This document shows, piece by piece, positions 37,745 through 50,554 of a stretch of DNA of 64,000 nucleotides. Both the position numbers and the translations under genes were made by a program. Numbering within the stretch: position 1 is the stretch's first letter; every line of letters starts with the position of its first letter. The notes below the pieces were generated by a model that saw nothing but the letters and a program-made list of their open reading frames with translations, did not search any database and was not told the origin of the DNA. The stretch lies in assembly GCA_036867785.1 (NCBI GenBank), contig CP145413.1, positions 1 through 64,000 of the forward strand, in the 5' to 3' direction. The DNA comes from Plasmodiophora brassicae. Taxonomy: Eukaryota.

Positions 37745-38455
37745 TCACCACACAGGACAATTCTGGCAATTCTTCTCCCAGTGAGGCCCCCTACATGTTC
37801 TGCAGGGATAAGGAGGTCGCTCATGGTTGGTGTTATGCACAAAACCGCTCTTGGACTTATAAATCCAGTCGCCCTGCTTATTGAGTTCCCATCCTGGGCC
37901 TGTTACAAAGACCCCCTCCGCCGTTTGTCGGAACACTGCGTGATAGACATCAGAGAATACTTCTGGGCATCGATCCAGTGTTTTGAACACCGCTTGTTCA
38001 GACTTCGCAAAAACACGCGGCATCCCGCGTGATCCCGACAAATGGCCCCGGCTCGTTAAAGCCTCAATAAGCGGTTCGGATAGGTCTACCTCATGGAGGT
38101 CAGGGAGCAACAACATCGTTGTCATCCGCGCTGTCAGCTCGTTGATGTCAGGGCAGTCACGATCCTCCCGATTTGCCCTCAGCGGTGCTCCCTCATTGGC
38201 TTTCACCGGCACCCCCACCAATTGGTTCGTGATCAACTCTTTAATCGTCTGGAGATCCAGCACGAGCGCTGCGACCGTCACATCCGCGGCCACCTTGTCC
38301 TCGTTAACGGCTTCTAAAGTCGCCAGAACCCCGTCCAGGGTCGTCTGGATCTTCCGCATGTCGTCAACCTTGACACTGATGGTCTGCACGTCTCCGACAC
38401 AGCACCCATTCTTCATTTCGCCAGAAGTGTTGTTGAGGACGTGTGTACTGAGCAC
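37745..38455 (-). CDS. Intronless ORF with N-terminal coiled coil and C-terminal CCHC-type zinc knuckle
   Basis: 236-aa ORF ending PPYPCRTCRGPHWEKNC (C-x2-C-x3-H-x4-C); start uncertain. Confidence 0.6.
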   Translation of the reverse strand: MLSTHVLNNTSGEMKNGCCVGDVQTISVKVDDMRKIQTTLDGVLATLEAVNEDKVAADVTVAALVLDLQTIKELITNQLVGVPVKANEGAPLRANREDRDCPDINELTARMTTMLLLPDLHEVDLSEPLIEALTSRGHLSGSRGMPRVFAKSEQAVFKTLDRCPEVFSDVYHAVFRQTAEGVFVTGPGWELNKQGDWIYKSKSGFVHNTNHERPPYPCRTCRGPHWEKNCQNCPVW

Positions 38456-38559
38456 GTGACGCCGCTTATAAGATCGCTTTTGTGCCAGCGCGATACCTCA
38501 AACGATTCCCCTGGAAATCCGCGGTGAAATGTGCGCCGCAGTTTTTGACCTGACCTTGA

Positions 38560-38820
38560 CTGGCGGTCTGGCAGGTTCGGTCGCGCGCATGTCCAAAACC
38601 TACCGGTCACGAGATCCAGGGTGTCCGTTACAGCTTGTTCCGATGTCGCAAATACACGCATCCCGCACGATCGCGACTAACGGCTCCAGCTCGTCGCAGC
38701 CTCGATAGCCGGTTCGAATGGAGTTAGATCATGAAGATCAGTGGGCGATAACGTAGACGACATTAAGTGCTGGACGACGAGTTCGTCGCCACGACCAGGT
38801 CGGTTCGCATTATCCAGGTA
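38560..38820 (-). pseudogene. Decayed tandem paralogue of the central part of the zinc-knuckle ORF
   Basis: DLHDLTPFEPAIEAATSWSR*SRSCGMRVFATSEQAVTDTLD versus DLHEVDLSEPLIEALTSRGHLSGSRGMPRVFAKSEQAVFKTLD; in-frame TAG. Confidence 0.7.
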
Positions 38821-38976
38821 TATAGCCTAGTGTTCGATTCATAGATGCAATGTTGGACATGATCTGCCCCGATGATGGGCAAAGATAACAGCGAGAATTG
38901 TCAGGACACACAGTGCGGTCGCCATTATCAGAGGTTTTGCACTTATGGTCGCCTTGCGGGTACAATTCACGTCTAT

Positions 38977-39049
38977 GCCCGGTTAGCTCAGTTGGTAGAG
39001 CATGCGTCTAATAAGCGCAAGGTCAACTGTTCGAGACCGTTACTGGGCA
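38977..39049 (+). tRNA. tRNA-Ile(AAT)
   Basis: Cloverleaf: acceptor GCCCGGT/ACTGGGC, D arm GCTC/GAGC, anticodon loop CT-AAT-AA, TTCGA T-loop (one T-stem mismatch), TTTT downstream. Confidence 0.92.
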
Positions 39050-39109
39050 GTGTACCTTTTCGCGCACGCTGTTTTTGCATCATCTTGGCCTTCGCCGGTG
39101 CGCGGTGCG

Positions 39110-40775
39110 GATGCCGCTGCCGGGCCGGCAGTCCGCACGGCGCCGTGCGGCAATGCAGGCAATGCAATTTTCCAACTGCATCGGCCTGCAGCTGCAAGGG
39201 GCAGTTACTGCCGGTGCTGACCTGGACAGATTGCTTCTTGACTGGCGGTCGTCTCATAATGTCGATGCGGACATGCCTACCAACTGCCCCGTCGTTCGGG
39301 AGCGACATCCTGTCAGCCCAGTCCCGCCCTCTGTCGACTCGGTTGCCGTTGACCGGTTCTGGGACGATACCACCGTGTGTTGTCACGACCCTGATACCTG
39401 CGTGGATATCGGTGCACTTCCGAACCCTTCCGTAGAGATTTCTCGCCAGCAAGTAGTGCAGACCGCCAACGGTCCTCGTCACGCGTTCGTTGTTCTGACT
39501 GCTGATCTCACTGCAGGCCATCAGCCGGATGCGCTCCTCGCTAAGTAAATGGGTGAAAACGAATGGAAACGGCGACGCTAACGCTGTTCCCGATAACGAG
39601 GTGTTCGACAAATGGATTTTCACGCGTCAGGCGCTTTGCAACCAAGGCGACATGCGGGATCCCATGATCCCCTGTGGACATAATGCTCTCCTGGACGAGA
39701 CCCTTATTGGCGACCTTTCCTACTTTATGGACCCAGAACCAGCAAGCCACATTGCTCGTCGCTTGGGTCAGCTGGGGCGGCAGTCGGTCAACGCTTTGAC
39801 ACGGGTGGCCGATCAGCCATCAGGACAGGTCGCCGTTAAATGTAACCCTGACGGTCATGTCCATGTGAAGTGCGGCCGAACGGTCACCAAGGTGTCCCCA
39901 TCTCATTACGTCAAGCTGAAGTCCATGTACCGAGGGAAACCTTCCGAGTTCAACACCCGCCTGTTCGCATTGCTGGTGAGGACACGTTCTGCATTCGCTG
40001 CTGACCCCCGTTTGACAATGTTTGCTGTAGATGCGGTACGTTGCGTTGTCGGATACTGGCATGCAGGCGGCCTGCAACGAGGATGTCTTTCGGGTGCTGC
40101 TCGCCGACTTCGACGTGCGCATGGAATGCTTCGCATCGCCTATGAATTGCCATTTTACGCGGCAGTATTGCAGCGCGTTCCCTGACGTCGACACCGTGTT
40201 CGGATCACGTGGGTCGTTCTTCGCCTTTCGACCCGTCAGCGGCTCGTTCCACGCCAATCCGCCTTTCATCGACGACATTATTGAACGCATGGCCCGTCAC
40301 ATGGACGAACTGCTGGCCGGCACGTCCCAGCCGCTCTCTTTCATCGTTGTCGTTCCGCATCGCGCGAAAACGTCGGCCTGGAAAGTGCTTTCGTCGTCGG
40401 TGCACAACCGGTACCACCTGCTTTTAAAGGTACCGTACTGTGACCTGAACAGGAACCTCTGGAATGCACCCTTTAACCTTCGTAATTCTGTGAACAGCAA
40501 AAGGCACACGGGTTCTGCGAGGGCGCCCAACACCGTCGTTCGTCACGTTTCAAGGTGTCCTCATGCGACTCGTCGATCATATTCCTTCAGAATGACCCCG
40601 GTGGTTCCATGCTGTCCTCCGCGTTCCGCGTACTGTTCCAGCTGACCCGCTGGCTCCAGGTGCCCATAAGTACAAAGTTACGGATGAACGCATCGAGCGT
40701 CTTCGTTTGGCGTTTGCGTCGCGACAGGCCAGTGAACGAGAACAACAATATCGGAAACGCAAGCGCGGCTTGTAA
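39110..40775 (+). CDS. PCIF1/CAPAM-like adenosine N6-methyltransferase, multi-exon
   Basis: GMQAA, ECFASPMN, YCSAFPDVDTVFGSRGSFF, GSFHANPPF, PLSFIVVVP; start codon uncertain. Confidence 0.85.
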
Positions 40776-41099
40776 AATTGGACCATGTGCGACACTCGCC
40801 CCTGAAATTTACAGTGCCGGTGTAGTTGAAGATCCTATCGCCAACGTGCTTTGGATGACTTTATATGCTCCATGGCTGACGGGGAAATATAGTCCATGTT
40901 GACATCGACGCGATGGTCGTACAGGTTGGGAAACCGAAGCGGTTGCTGTGACGTCATCGGGCAACGCTAAGACAACGCTCAGCCGACTATGCGATGAGTA
41001 ATGGTTCCGTTCGCCAACGCAGCCGTCTAACCATAGATGCAACCACTGTATTATGACGAATAGTTGACAAATAGTCGCATACGTATGCCTCCCGTTGTA

Positions 41100-44000
41100 T
41101 CAGACGCGAGCAGTTTCAATGCAGCCGAACGTGCCAAAGTCGAACGACGCCGCCGAGCAGCCAGGCCGACACGTCCAGGACCCATCGCTGTGCACGCAGA
41201 CGTCGCCGCTGTGTGGGCAGTCGCTGCTGACGACACAGGTCCCCTCGGGCAGCTGCAGGCAGCTGTGCAGGTGGACATGGCCGCGGGCGATCAGCATGTG
41301 GAACGGCAGCAGAAGCGCATGCAGTGGCAAGGTGATCGTGAATTGCACTTCGCGACGGAACACGAGGAACGTGAACGTGACGGCTGGATCGATTCCGGCC
41401 GCGATGTTCGCCGTCGTCAACCGGTCGACGCTGAACGCCACCAGAACGGGAACCCATGAGCTGAGTGCGGACGCGCCTCGTGACAGGCTGCGAGCCTTGT
41501 CGCCGTGCCCGATGGAACGCAGCCAATCGTGCTCGCTGACGCGCCCGACGTTGCAATGGACATGCCAGTCGAATTTCGACGGGCCCAGGTTGACGACGGC
41601 GCCGACCGATACGCCCACAATGCCCATGAGCGTCATGTCAGCCTCGAACGCGAGGCCGCGATCGAACTTGACCATGGTGTGGCCGTCGATGACAATGTCG
41701 GCAGGTTGCGGCGCAATACGAAGCATGACCTGCCCGAACGACCATCCCGATGGCACCTGATCGACATCGATGCGGCGGTCGTCATTCGCGTCGTTGTACG
41801 ACAGGGCCAGGTCCCGCAACGTGGTGCTCTCAGCGTTGCCGTACAGGAACGCGGGCAGGAACGTACCGATCGCCGGCTGTGCGTCCAGGAGCACGTCCAC
41901 CTCCGATACGACCCGTCCGAGTTGAAGCTTGAGGCCACCGCCGACAGCGCTCAGCATGCCGCCCGAGATGACCAGGCGGACGTAGAGATCGTCGAAACGC
42001 AGACCGGCCAGGTCGACGAGCTGACCGGCAGCAACCGAGGGTGATACGGCGCCACCGCTCAGCGTCAACGTGTCGAACCCATCGAGGGCGCCCTCGGCGA
42101 TGATCTCAAACGACACGTTCCTGGCCAGGTATGCGTGAATGCCCACGCCGCAGGACACGTCGATGGAAGGTTGCTGCGCGCGGTACAGGTCGACTTGCAG
42201 CGTGGCATCGTACACGGTAACCGAGTCGGACAGGGGAATAGACGTCAGCGTTGTCAGCTGAACGACGGACGGCGCCATGTTCGCGAACGGGACCTTGACG
42301 CGAACACCAAATCGGATGGCGTGTGACGACCCCGCGAAGGTGCCAATGGAGCGGTGGGTCGGCGTTTCTGGACGTGCGACAGCCAGGTCCACCTCGATCG
42401 AGACGCCTTGGGCATCGACGGTGACCGTCACGCTTGTCGAGACGACGTCCAGGTCGTCCACAGTGGAGTCATGTGGCACTGGCCGGTCCAGGGATTCCAG
42501 GACGAGGTCAACGATGCATCGCAGGTCCGATGTGGCCAACGTCACCGAGTACTGGCGCAAGGTGCCCGCTGCCGCACTGAACATGAACGACATGGAGGCG
42601 GTCGTCTTGGCGATCTTTGCGGAACCGGTCGCAGACAAATGCTCCAGGTGTCGCTCCTGGGACAGGACGGCCGTGACCGTTGCCGATGAGATGTGAAGCC
42701 AGGGAAGGTGCGGCGACAGGCACGTCTGCCCGTCTGTGATCGTCCCACGAAGTTCCAAAGCGTCGTCGCGAGCGCCCACCTTCCACGATGCTTCTAGACG
42801 GATCGGGTCCCACCACGATGCCGAGGCGATACGAACGCGCAGGAAGGCTGATAGCATCACAAGAGCCCCTTCATCGGTAACGTCGATGACCAGCTTGGTC
42901 AGCGTCGCGTACTGGTGAATGTCCACCGACCCTGACGCCGACAGCGTTAACGAGTTCGACGAGGTCAGCGTCATGCGGACGGCAATCGGCGATCCGGCCA
43001 GGGCTCGGAACAGGGAACCTGGACGGGGCGTGAACATGGTGTCGGCTGTGAGACGAACACCTTTGGCGAACTCGCCGTTGATATCATCCGTTGCGACGTC
43101 CAGAGTCGCATCGCATTCGTCTAACAGGTTCAGGACGGACCGGAATGGGCGCGACGCCCGTGAGATGATCGCCGACGGTACGATCTTGACCGACAGCGAT
43201 ACGCCTAGGTGGGTCCCGTCCTCGATCACGCCCGTGAACGCAACACTGGACGCGGAAGCCCTAGGGATGTCGGCATAGCCAGATAGGCGCACGTACTTTG
43301 CTAGGCGATGGGTGGGCGGGTCGATCATGAGTGAGGCGCGCAAGTCAGCCGTACGCAGAACGATCAGGTTCTCGATGGCAGCCGAGGCGCCCTTCAATGT
43401 GCCCTGCAGCATCAGGTGGGTGGAACTCGGATCCCAGTCGGACCGCACGTCGAACGTTAGCCCATGACGATGCCAAGCAAGGTCGAAACGCAGCGTCAGG
43501 GCAGGGCGCTCCAATACGCCTTTGAACGTGATGCGGACGTTCGACGTCAGTAGGTCAGAGGGCGCGGTCGAAAGCGGAATCGCCTTCTTCACACTGATGA
43601 GGCCGTTCCCGTCACCGTACATCGAGATATGCGCATGCAAGTCGCCGCGAACCTCGTGATGGGCCGTTAGCCGATCCACACCCAGGTCGTCGATGATCAT
43701 GTCGCGGGCGGAGATGGTCACACCCTCCACGTAACCGGCGCGGTCGTGAGTTGTGGCAACCACGAGCGCGTCGTATTTGGTGGACGATGCGATGCTGCCC
43801 GCCAGCCATGATAGCCGTGGGAGAAGTCTCGTCCAGGCGTTGTTGGCCACGTGCGCGCGCATCAAGACGCCAAGAGACGCGCTCTGGACATCGGCAATGA
43901 AGAACGCCAACAGCTCCTGGTCGTCGCTGCCCGATGACATGACGTCTAGCTCCAGTGCCGACTCTGGAACGAGCACGTCATGAACGGATTTGTTAAGCAA

Positions 44001-44284
44001 AGGGGTCCCGTGCACGTACTGTTCAGAACCGTATGTGTGAAACGACGGCCGGATGAGAATAAGACAGGAAGCCAGACAGAGAGGGAGGCCCACAGAACGG
44101 GGTTGCGGACGGTAGCCAACGATAGGACGGGTGGCGACGAGATCCGCCTGTCGAGATCGGACAGGGTGGCCAGCGGGTCCCGGCCCGTGAGCAGGTTGAC
44201 GTTGGTGAACAGGACATTGTTAACGATGGCAGCGATAGTGATCAGGGCGATGCCGGCCAGAGGCCACCTCCACGTTCCCACCAT
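41100..44284 (-). CDS. Large (>1000 aa) beta-strand-rich protein with N-terminal signal/anchor and Cys-rich C-terminus
   Basis: 997-codon ORF plus an upstream exon MVGTWRWPLAGIALITIAAIV; alternating hydrophobic pattern; terminal CVVSSDCPHSGDVCVHSDGSWTCRPGC. Confidence 0.75.
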
Positions 44285-44603
44285 CGGTACAATGCCGGAA
44301 ACCTGTACGTGTCGAAATGGCAAGAAAACGCCGTCACTCCCGGGGAGGGGGGAGGCACCTCATGCCCGCCCAGCGCGTCACGCCACGCCAACGGCGCCAC
44401 CCGTCACGCATTGCGTGCCCGGTCGACTGACGAGTGACGTGCCCCGTGCCAGGTCGTCGACTCGGGTCTAAATTTGGTCCACAGACGCACCCAGTCAGGT
44501 CTGCCCAGCTGGCTGCCGGGCACGGTCGGTCGACGGGGGGGAACCACTTGTACTGCATTCATTCATCGCCCTCCATTCGGTATTTTGTTGGCCAGGGTCG
44601 GTC

Positions 44604-45384
44604 ATGTCGTCGTCGTCGTCGTCGCATTCGTTGACGGCGGGGGCGGCGCCGGCGGCCCGGGGCGCTGCGCCAGCGTTCACGGCGGTATCAGAGCGCTGCT
44701 CGCCCATATTGCGGGTCCCTGTGCGTGATGCACGGTCGCGTTAGATGGATCGGGTCGTCGACGAGGTGTACGCCAACGTCACTGACCTGCACAAGGAGCA
44801 TTGCAAAAAGCAGTATCGTATCGCCCACCTGCAAGGCACTCTGGAGAAGATTCAGGAAACGGCCCGTACAGGTATGCCCTTGACTGTCGGGCTGTCCCAG
44901 TTCTGAACTGGTAATCGGTCCATAGCGAATCGCGAATTACTGGCAGCTCAGTCCGCGTATAGTCTAGCCATGGAGAAGCATCGTTCGCTGCTGGAGAAGA
45001 CCGACACTGAGCATTCGCTCATCGAGGAGTATCAAGAGCGTCTGGCAAGGGCAGGCGAAGAATTTGAACAAATCCGGTCGGCAAGGGTAACGCAAGCGTC
45101 CCACTACGATGAGGAAAGGTGCGGTCGGTGCCTATGTTCTGCTATCAAACCAAACTGTAACTGGCTATATATCCCTTACGTATAGCGAACGCCTGAACAC
45201 GATCCGCGAAATGTTCGCCTCTCAAATCGCCGACATCTTGGCGTCGCCTTCATCGGCGAATCGAGGCGGTGGTGCCCAGATTCTAGGTCGCGTCGAAGAT
45301 GTTCGCCGGCAGATAGAGGCCGATCCGTCCGTCATCGAGAACCTGGGCGGCTGGTTTCACTCGATCATGGAGTCCGTACCGTAA
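44604..45384 (+). CDS. Small coiled-coil protein, 4 exons
   Basis: GT-AG introns join MSSSSSS..., MDRVVDEV..., MEKHRSLLEK...EEFEQIR and ...WFHSIMESVP*; Glu/Arg/Leu-rich helical composition. Confidence 0.6.
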
Positions 45385-45881
45385 CGTTCGCAAACCGTCG
45401 TTCTGAGCGTTAACAACGTTGTACCGTGCAGCCACTACTTGTACGCTGTCGCCGTCGCTGACAAGTGCACGTCATTTCTCGTATCGGGATCATGCCGGAA
45501 GTGCCAGGAAGGATAGGGTTGTCACGCAATAAAGCCCCTTCAAGTTCACGCTTCCAGTAGGCCCCCTGAACGGCTACCGGTATTGTGTTCCTTTCGCTCT
45601 GTAGCATAATGAGGACGAGTGAAGAGTGATTCGCGTCAGCAATCCGTAAACCGTTTTGCTGTCCCACTTGATCGCCAGCGACGCCGGCCTTCATGGGTAA
45701 GACCTGTCGAACCTAAGGCCAAATTCTGGTCCGAAGAACATGGCCAGCAACGACAGGCCAACCTCACACGGCGATGCCAGGGGTCGCACCACAAGAAGAT
45801 CTGATCACAGGCGAATGCATGAACGATGATTTATGAGTAGTAGTAGTTTGGGATGTTGTCGATGTTGCCAAACGACATTGT

Positions 45882-46730
45882 TCACTTCCAGGTGGGCGTC
45901 GGGGCCGGTTCGGCAGCCCAGTCGGCGGCCTCCGGGACGGAAGCGCCCCATCCTGCAGCAGCCGCAGCGTCAACCGTCGGCTCCGCAGCGCCCCACTCGC
46001 CCGGGGTCGGCATGGCTTGAGCGATGGCACCGAATTCCTCACCGGCCGTCGCGGTGGACGGGAACAAGGACTTCTCGGCGTGCTCCTCGGCCTGCTTCTC
46101 GGCCTCTTCCGGGTCCCGGTAGATGAACAGGTCGACCATGACGTCCCAGTCCTGTTTGCGGGACAGCTGGCCACGCAGACGCAGGACCTCACGCGCCAGC
46201 AGCCAGTACAGGGTGGCGATCGAGTGCTTGCTCTTGTTGTTGGCCGGGATGCAGACGTCGACGTTGTCCAGGGGGCTGTCCGCGTCGCAGAACGCAATCA
46301 CAGGAATGTTGACGTAGGTCGATTCGGTGATGGGTTGGTGGTCGCTGCGCGGGTCGGTGACGACCAGCAGGCGAGGTTCCATGAACATCTTCTGGATCTG
46401 GTTCGTGAACGTACCCGGGTTCCAGCGGGACGCCACGTATCGCGTGCCGGTGTACTGCGAGAACTTGTATACGGCACGTTGGCCGAACGCTCGGTTCGAG
46501 ATGAGGCAGACGTCATCCGGGTTCTCGATGCCGACGATGATGCGGGCGGCCAGCATGAGCTTCTCCCACGTCTTCTGCAGGTTGATGATGTGGACACCGG
46601 TCGACTGCACCCGCTTGTAGATGTACTGTTCCATGTTAGCATCGCAGTTCCGGGACCCAATGTGGACCTCGGCCGCCAGCATCAGCTGGACGTCTTCGGC
46701 CGTCATGGCCATCGCTGCTGGCGGTGCCAT
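45882..46730 (-). CDS. RPSA: 40S ribosomal protein uS2 (SA)
   Basis: [63 protein letters not shown]; a probable 5'UTR intron lies at ~46743-46859. Confidence 0.97.
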   Translation of the reverse strand: MAPPAAMAMTAEDVQLMLAAEVHIGSRNCDANMEQYIYKRVQSTGVHIINLQKTWEKLMLAARIIVGIENPDDVCLISNRAFGQRAVYKFSQYTGTRYVASRWNPGTFTNQIQKMFMEPRLLVVTDPRSDHQPITESTYVNIPVIAFCDADSPLDNVDVCIPANNKSKHSIATLYWLLAREVLRLRGQLSRKQDWDVMVDLFIYRDPEEAEKQAEEHAEKSLFPSTATAGEEFGAIAQAMPTPGEWGAAEPTVDAAAAAGWGASVPEAADWAAEPAPTPTWK

Positions 46731-47259
46731 CTTTCCCCGTGCTACGACGATTAATCAAGACAAGCGGCGTTGCTACGCCTGGGCCACGGACTCCGCAGCG
46801 GATACCGCCCACGCACTATACGACGTGACGCCCTAATATCCCCGACTCCGGCACTCACCTCCTTCTCAACTATTGCATCTGGTAGAGACCCGTAGTTGGG
46901 CCTCACTGCGTCCACTGACGCCGTCGCCTGACCGGGAGGTCGTGCACTGACCCGCCCAAAATGAACCAGGGGGATCATCTGAAGGAGGCCGGAATACGAA
47001 ATCCGGAACCCAGCCGCGTAGGGTTTGCATACGGTGTCGCCTTCCCAGAACGAGCTTCCCGGAACAGCAACGGCAGCTCTGCTCGTCACGACTATGGAAG
47101 ATTATCAGGTACGGCCCGCCAGGGGCAATACGAAGAGGTATCCAGATGCCCACAAGACCATTGAGTGGGACTATCGGGCGAGTCCGTCTCTCCGAGGCTG
47201 CGCCGTCGGAGTCGAGAGTCGGAGACGGAACGCAGCCAGTCTCGCTCTCTTAATCCCAA

Positions 47260-48497
47260 TATGGACAAACGAACCGCGACCACGACCCGCAAGCTGGCCA
47301 GTGTGGCTGGCTACATCACGTTATGGTCGGCGCAGGCCCTTCTGATACGGGGGTCGGTCAGGCCGATCGACCCCAGTGACCCGACGTCCCCGGTTGCATA
47401 TCCGTACGAGGTACAGGCGCTACCGACCCTGCTCGCCTGTCCAACACACTGAAACGTGGGGCCAAGGTTATGGGAGTGACGCTTGCTGTGGAGCTATTCA
47501 AGCTCGTCCTGGCGCTCGGCATCGTCCTGTTCACGTATGATCACGGGGTGGTTGATCGATCCTGGGGCTGATGCGCCGGGTTTCGATACAGGAACACTGA
47601 ATCGTCCGGTGACGCGTACTTCAAGGCTCGAATGCTGTACCGACGGTTCCCTGACGGCCTGTGGTTCATGATCCCGGCCGCCATCTACACACTGTATAAC
47701 GGTAGGGCATCGTCCGGGGTAACGCTGGCATCCTGGTGATGTTGCGCGTTATGCCAGGCCTTGCGTTCGTGAATCTGCGCCTGTTGCAGCCAGCCACATA
47801 CCGTCTGCTGATCAACGTTCGTATTCTGTTCTCGGGGCTTCTCCTTCAGACCTTTTTCGGCACGTATCTCTCTCGAAGGCAGTGGATCGCCCTTGCAATT
47901 CTCCTATTGGCCTGCGTTATCGAACAGATGGGCGCCTTCCAGCTGGACACGGGCCTGTTCCCTCTGATCACAATGTCCATGCAAGGCCTTTGTTCGAGCC
48001 TAGGTGGCGTCTATTTCCAATGGCTGCTCCAGAAACAAGGCGACGGCGAACCGTTAGGCCTATGGTCCAAGAACCTGTACCTGTACTTCTGGTCCGTTCT
48101 GGCCAACATCTTGGCCATCCTGATATTCCGGGCGGAACTCGCGTCCCCATCCGCCTTGTTTGCGAATTTCGACGTGGGCGTGGCTCCGATCGTACTGGCC
48201 GCCGGCCTAGGTGGCGTCTTCACATCGTTCCTGTTACGGGACCTCGATGTGATCATCAAGGAATATGCGAACTTTGGCGAGATGGTCATCGTGGCCATTG
48301 CTCAATCGTACCTGTTCGGCGCTGAGCTGCGATTGGCGCTCTTCCTGGCCATCCTCGTCGTGTCGTACTCGCTGCACATGTACCAGACGCCTAACGATCT
48401 CCATCCAGAACCGAAGACCCACAAGGTCCAAGACGTCGAGCTGTCCGACATGGACGAGGATGCAGCCGGCCTGCTAGAATGTGCAGCCTCCTCGTAG
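47260..48497 (+). CDS. Nucleotide-sugar transporter (SLC35A-like), copy 1, 3 coding introns
   Basis: VELFKLVLAL, IPAAIYTLYN, PATYRLLINVRILFSGLL, LSRRQWIAL, CSSLGGVYFQWLLQK, DVIIKEYA; a short upstream exon near 47094 is possible. Confidence 0.88.
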
Positions 48498-48602
48498 ATG
48501 CCCGCAGGCTAGATAATAAACCCAGGAAGGCCACGTCGTGGGTGATCATGGGATAACGGAACTTGTGGTGAGTCACAAGGTATGGGGCGCGTGTCCAGAC
48601 CG

Positions 48603-49771
48603 ATGATGGCAGGGAACATCTTCGGTAGCAAGCGAGCCCGGCGGTCGTTCGTCATCGCCGATCGTCGTATCGCGTATATCGCCGGGTACGTGATCCTGTG
48701 GTCGGCCCAGTCCCTGCTAATCAAGGCGTCGTTGCGGGACGCCGCGGGCGCCGATGCATCGCCGGCCACCGACTACCCGTACGAGATCATGGGCGTCACG
48801 CTCTGCACTGAACTTCTCAAGATGGCCGTCGCCCTCGGCCTCATCCTCTTCTCGTCAGCGCTCGTGGCCATATTGCGGCCTTGCACCGGCATCTGAAACG
48901 GTCGGACGATAGGAACGCCGAATGGCAATCGAAGTCTGCGTCGGTGAAGACGCGGAAGCTGGCGGCATCGTTCAGGGACGGGTGCTGGCTAATCGTGCCA
49001 GCAGCGCTGTACGTTGTGTATAACGGTCTGGTGTTTATCAACCTGCGCCTGCTGGAGCCGGCCACGTACCGCATCCTGAACAACATGCGGATCCTGTTCC
49101 TGGGCCTGCTGCTGCAGTGGTTCTTCAGGAAGCGGCTCGCGGCGCAGCAGTGGATCGCATTGCTGCTCCTGGTCACCGCTTGCGTCGTCGAGCAGACGGG
49201 CACATTTTCGCTAGAAGGTGGTGGGCCGCTGGCCTTAGCGATGATGTGCATTCAGGGAATGTGCAGCAGCCTGGCTGGCGTCTACTTCCAGTGGCTTCTG
49301 CAAAAGCAACACGGCTCACGACAGTCGATCGGCATGTGGACCAAGAACTTCTACCTGTACTTCTGGTCCATTGTCACCAACCTGGTTGCCATCGTTGTTT
49401 TCCGTTCGGATCTGCTGACGCCGTCCGCCCTGTTCGTCAACTTTGACGGGGCCGTCGTTCCGATCATTGCGGCGGCCGCTTTCGGTGGCCTGTTCACGTC
49501 GTTGCTGCTTCGGCATCTGGACGTCATCATGAAGGAATACGCCAGCTTCATCGAGATGGTCGTCGTGGCCCTGATGCAGCGGGTACTGTTCGGCACGCCC
49601 TTGCGCATCACAATGCTGCTGGCGATTGCACTCGTGTCGTACTCGATGTACATGTACCAGTCGGCAACGGCGACCGATGCGGCACCAGCGCCGATGCTGG
49701 AACGGGACCCGGCATCGACCATGCCAATGGTGGGGTCGACCAGCAGGCGGTCCAGCCCTCGTTCCCCATAG
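48603..49771 (+). CDS. Nucleotide-sugar transporter (SLC35A-like), copy 2, 1 coding intron
   Basis: TELLKMAVAL, VPAALYVVYN, PATYRILNNMRILF, QQWIALLLL, CSSLAGVYFQWLLQK, DVIMKEYA. Confidence 0.88.
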
Positions 49772-49923
49772 TGGCCCAGACAGGGTACTGCATTGCACAT
49801 CCAATACATTGTATTCGTGGACACGCAGTTGTATTATGATGACCTGGGCCAGGTACAGCATGGCGAATACTTGTCGCCAATCTTGCGCGATTGCAGATTT
49901 CAGGTTGCCTGAGATCAGCAGTT

Positions 49924-49997
49924 GACTTCATGGTGTAGTTGGTTATCACATCTGTCTAACACACAGGAGGTCTCCAGTTCGATTCTGGGTGAAGTCA
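49924..49997 (+). tRNA. tRNA-Val(AAC)
   Basis: Acceptor GACTTCA/TGAAGTC, anticodon loop CT-AAC-AC, T arm TCCAG-TTCGATT-CTGGG, TTTT at 50001. Confidence 0.95.
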
Positions 49998-50554
49998 CTC
50001 TTTTGCAACATTGTTTTGCGTAACAGCACCCCGTGGCGTGATCAGCTGCACACAGATGTACCGAGTAAATGTTGTAAATATTGAAAGTACAATTGAAAGT
50101 ACAATAATCCAATGACCAGGCCCCTGCTTATATGCCTAGATTGGTAACCCTTTCGCCCTGCAGTTCCGAGCGGCGGCAGGCCCCACATTTACACTGGTAA
50201 CTTCGTGGAAACTATGTCGGAAGCACCAGTTTGGTCGGATGAACCCCAGCCAGGTTCGGTCTGTGCCTCGTGCCTGCGCTCTGGGTGGCGCTGGATGAAA
50301 TCGAAACGCCTCATTGGTCTGTACCTGCACCGCTGCTAGAGCAATTGTCAAGGTCGTGCGCGTGCGATACGATGGCTGCTCGTTCTCAGGCAGCCTCGCC
50401 CGACCTGTGACCTGTATCAATACCGTAGGTTCATTGCTGCTGCTGGATGAGGCCGCCTGGCCTATCCACGTCACCCGCGAGATGTGAAGTTGACAGCAAT
50501 TTTAGCAATATGATACAGATAGTGGGACTGGTGGTGACGGCAACGGCCGCGATA

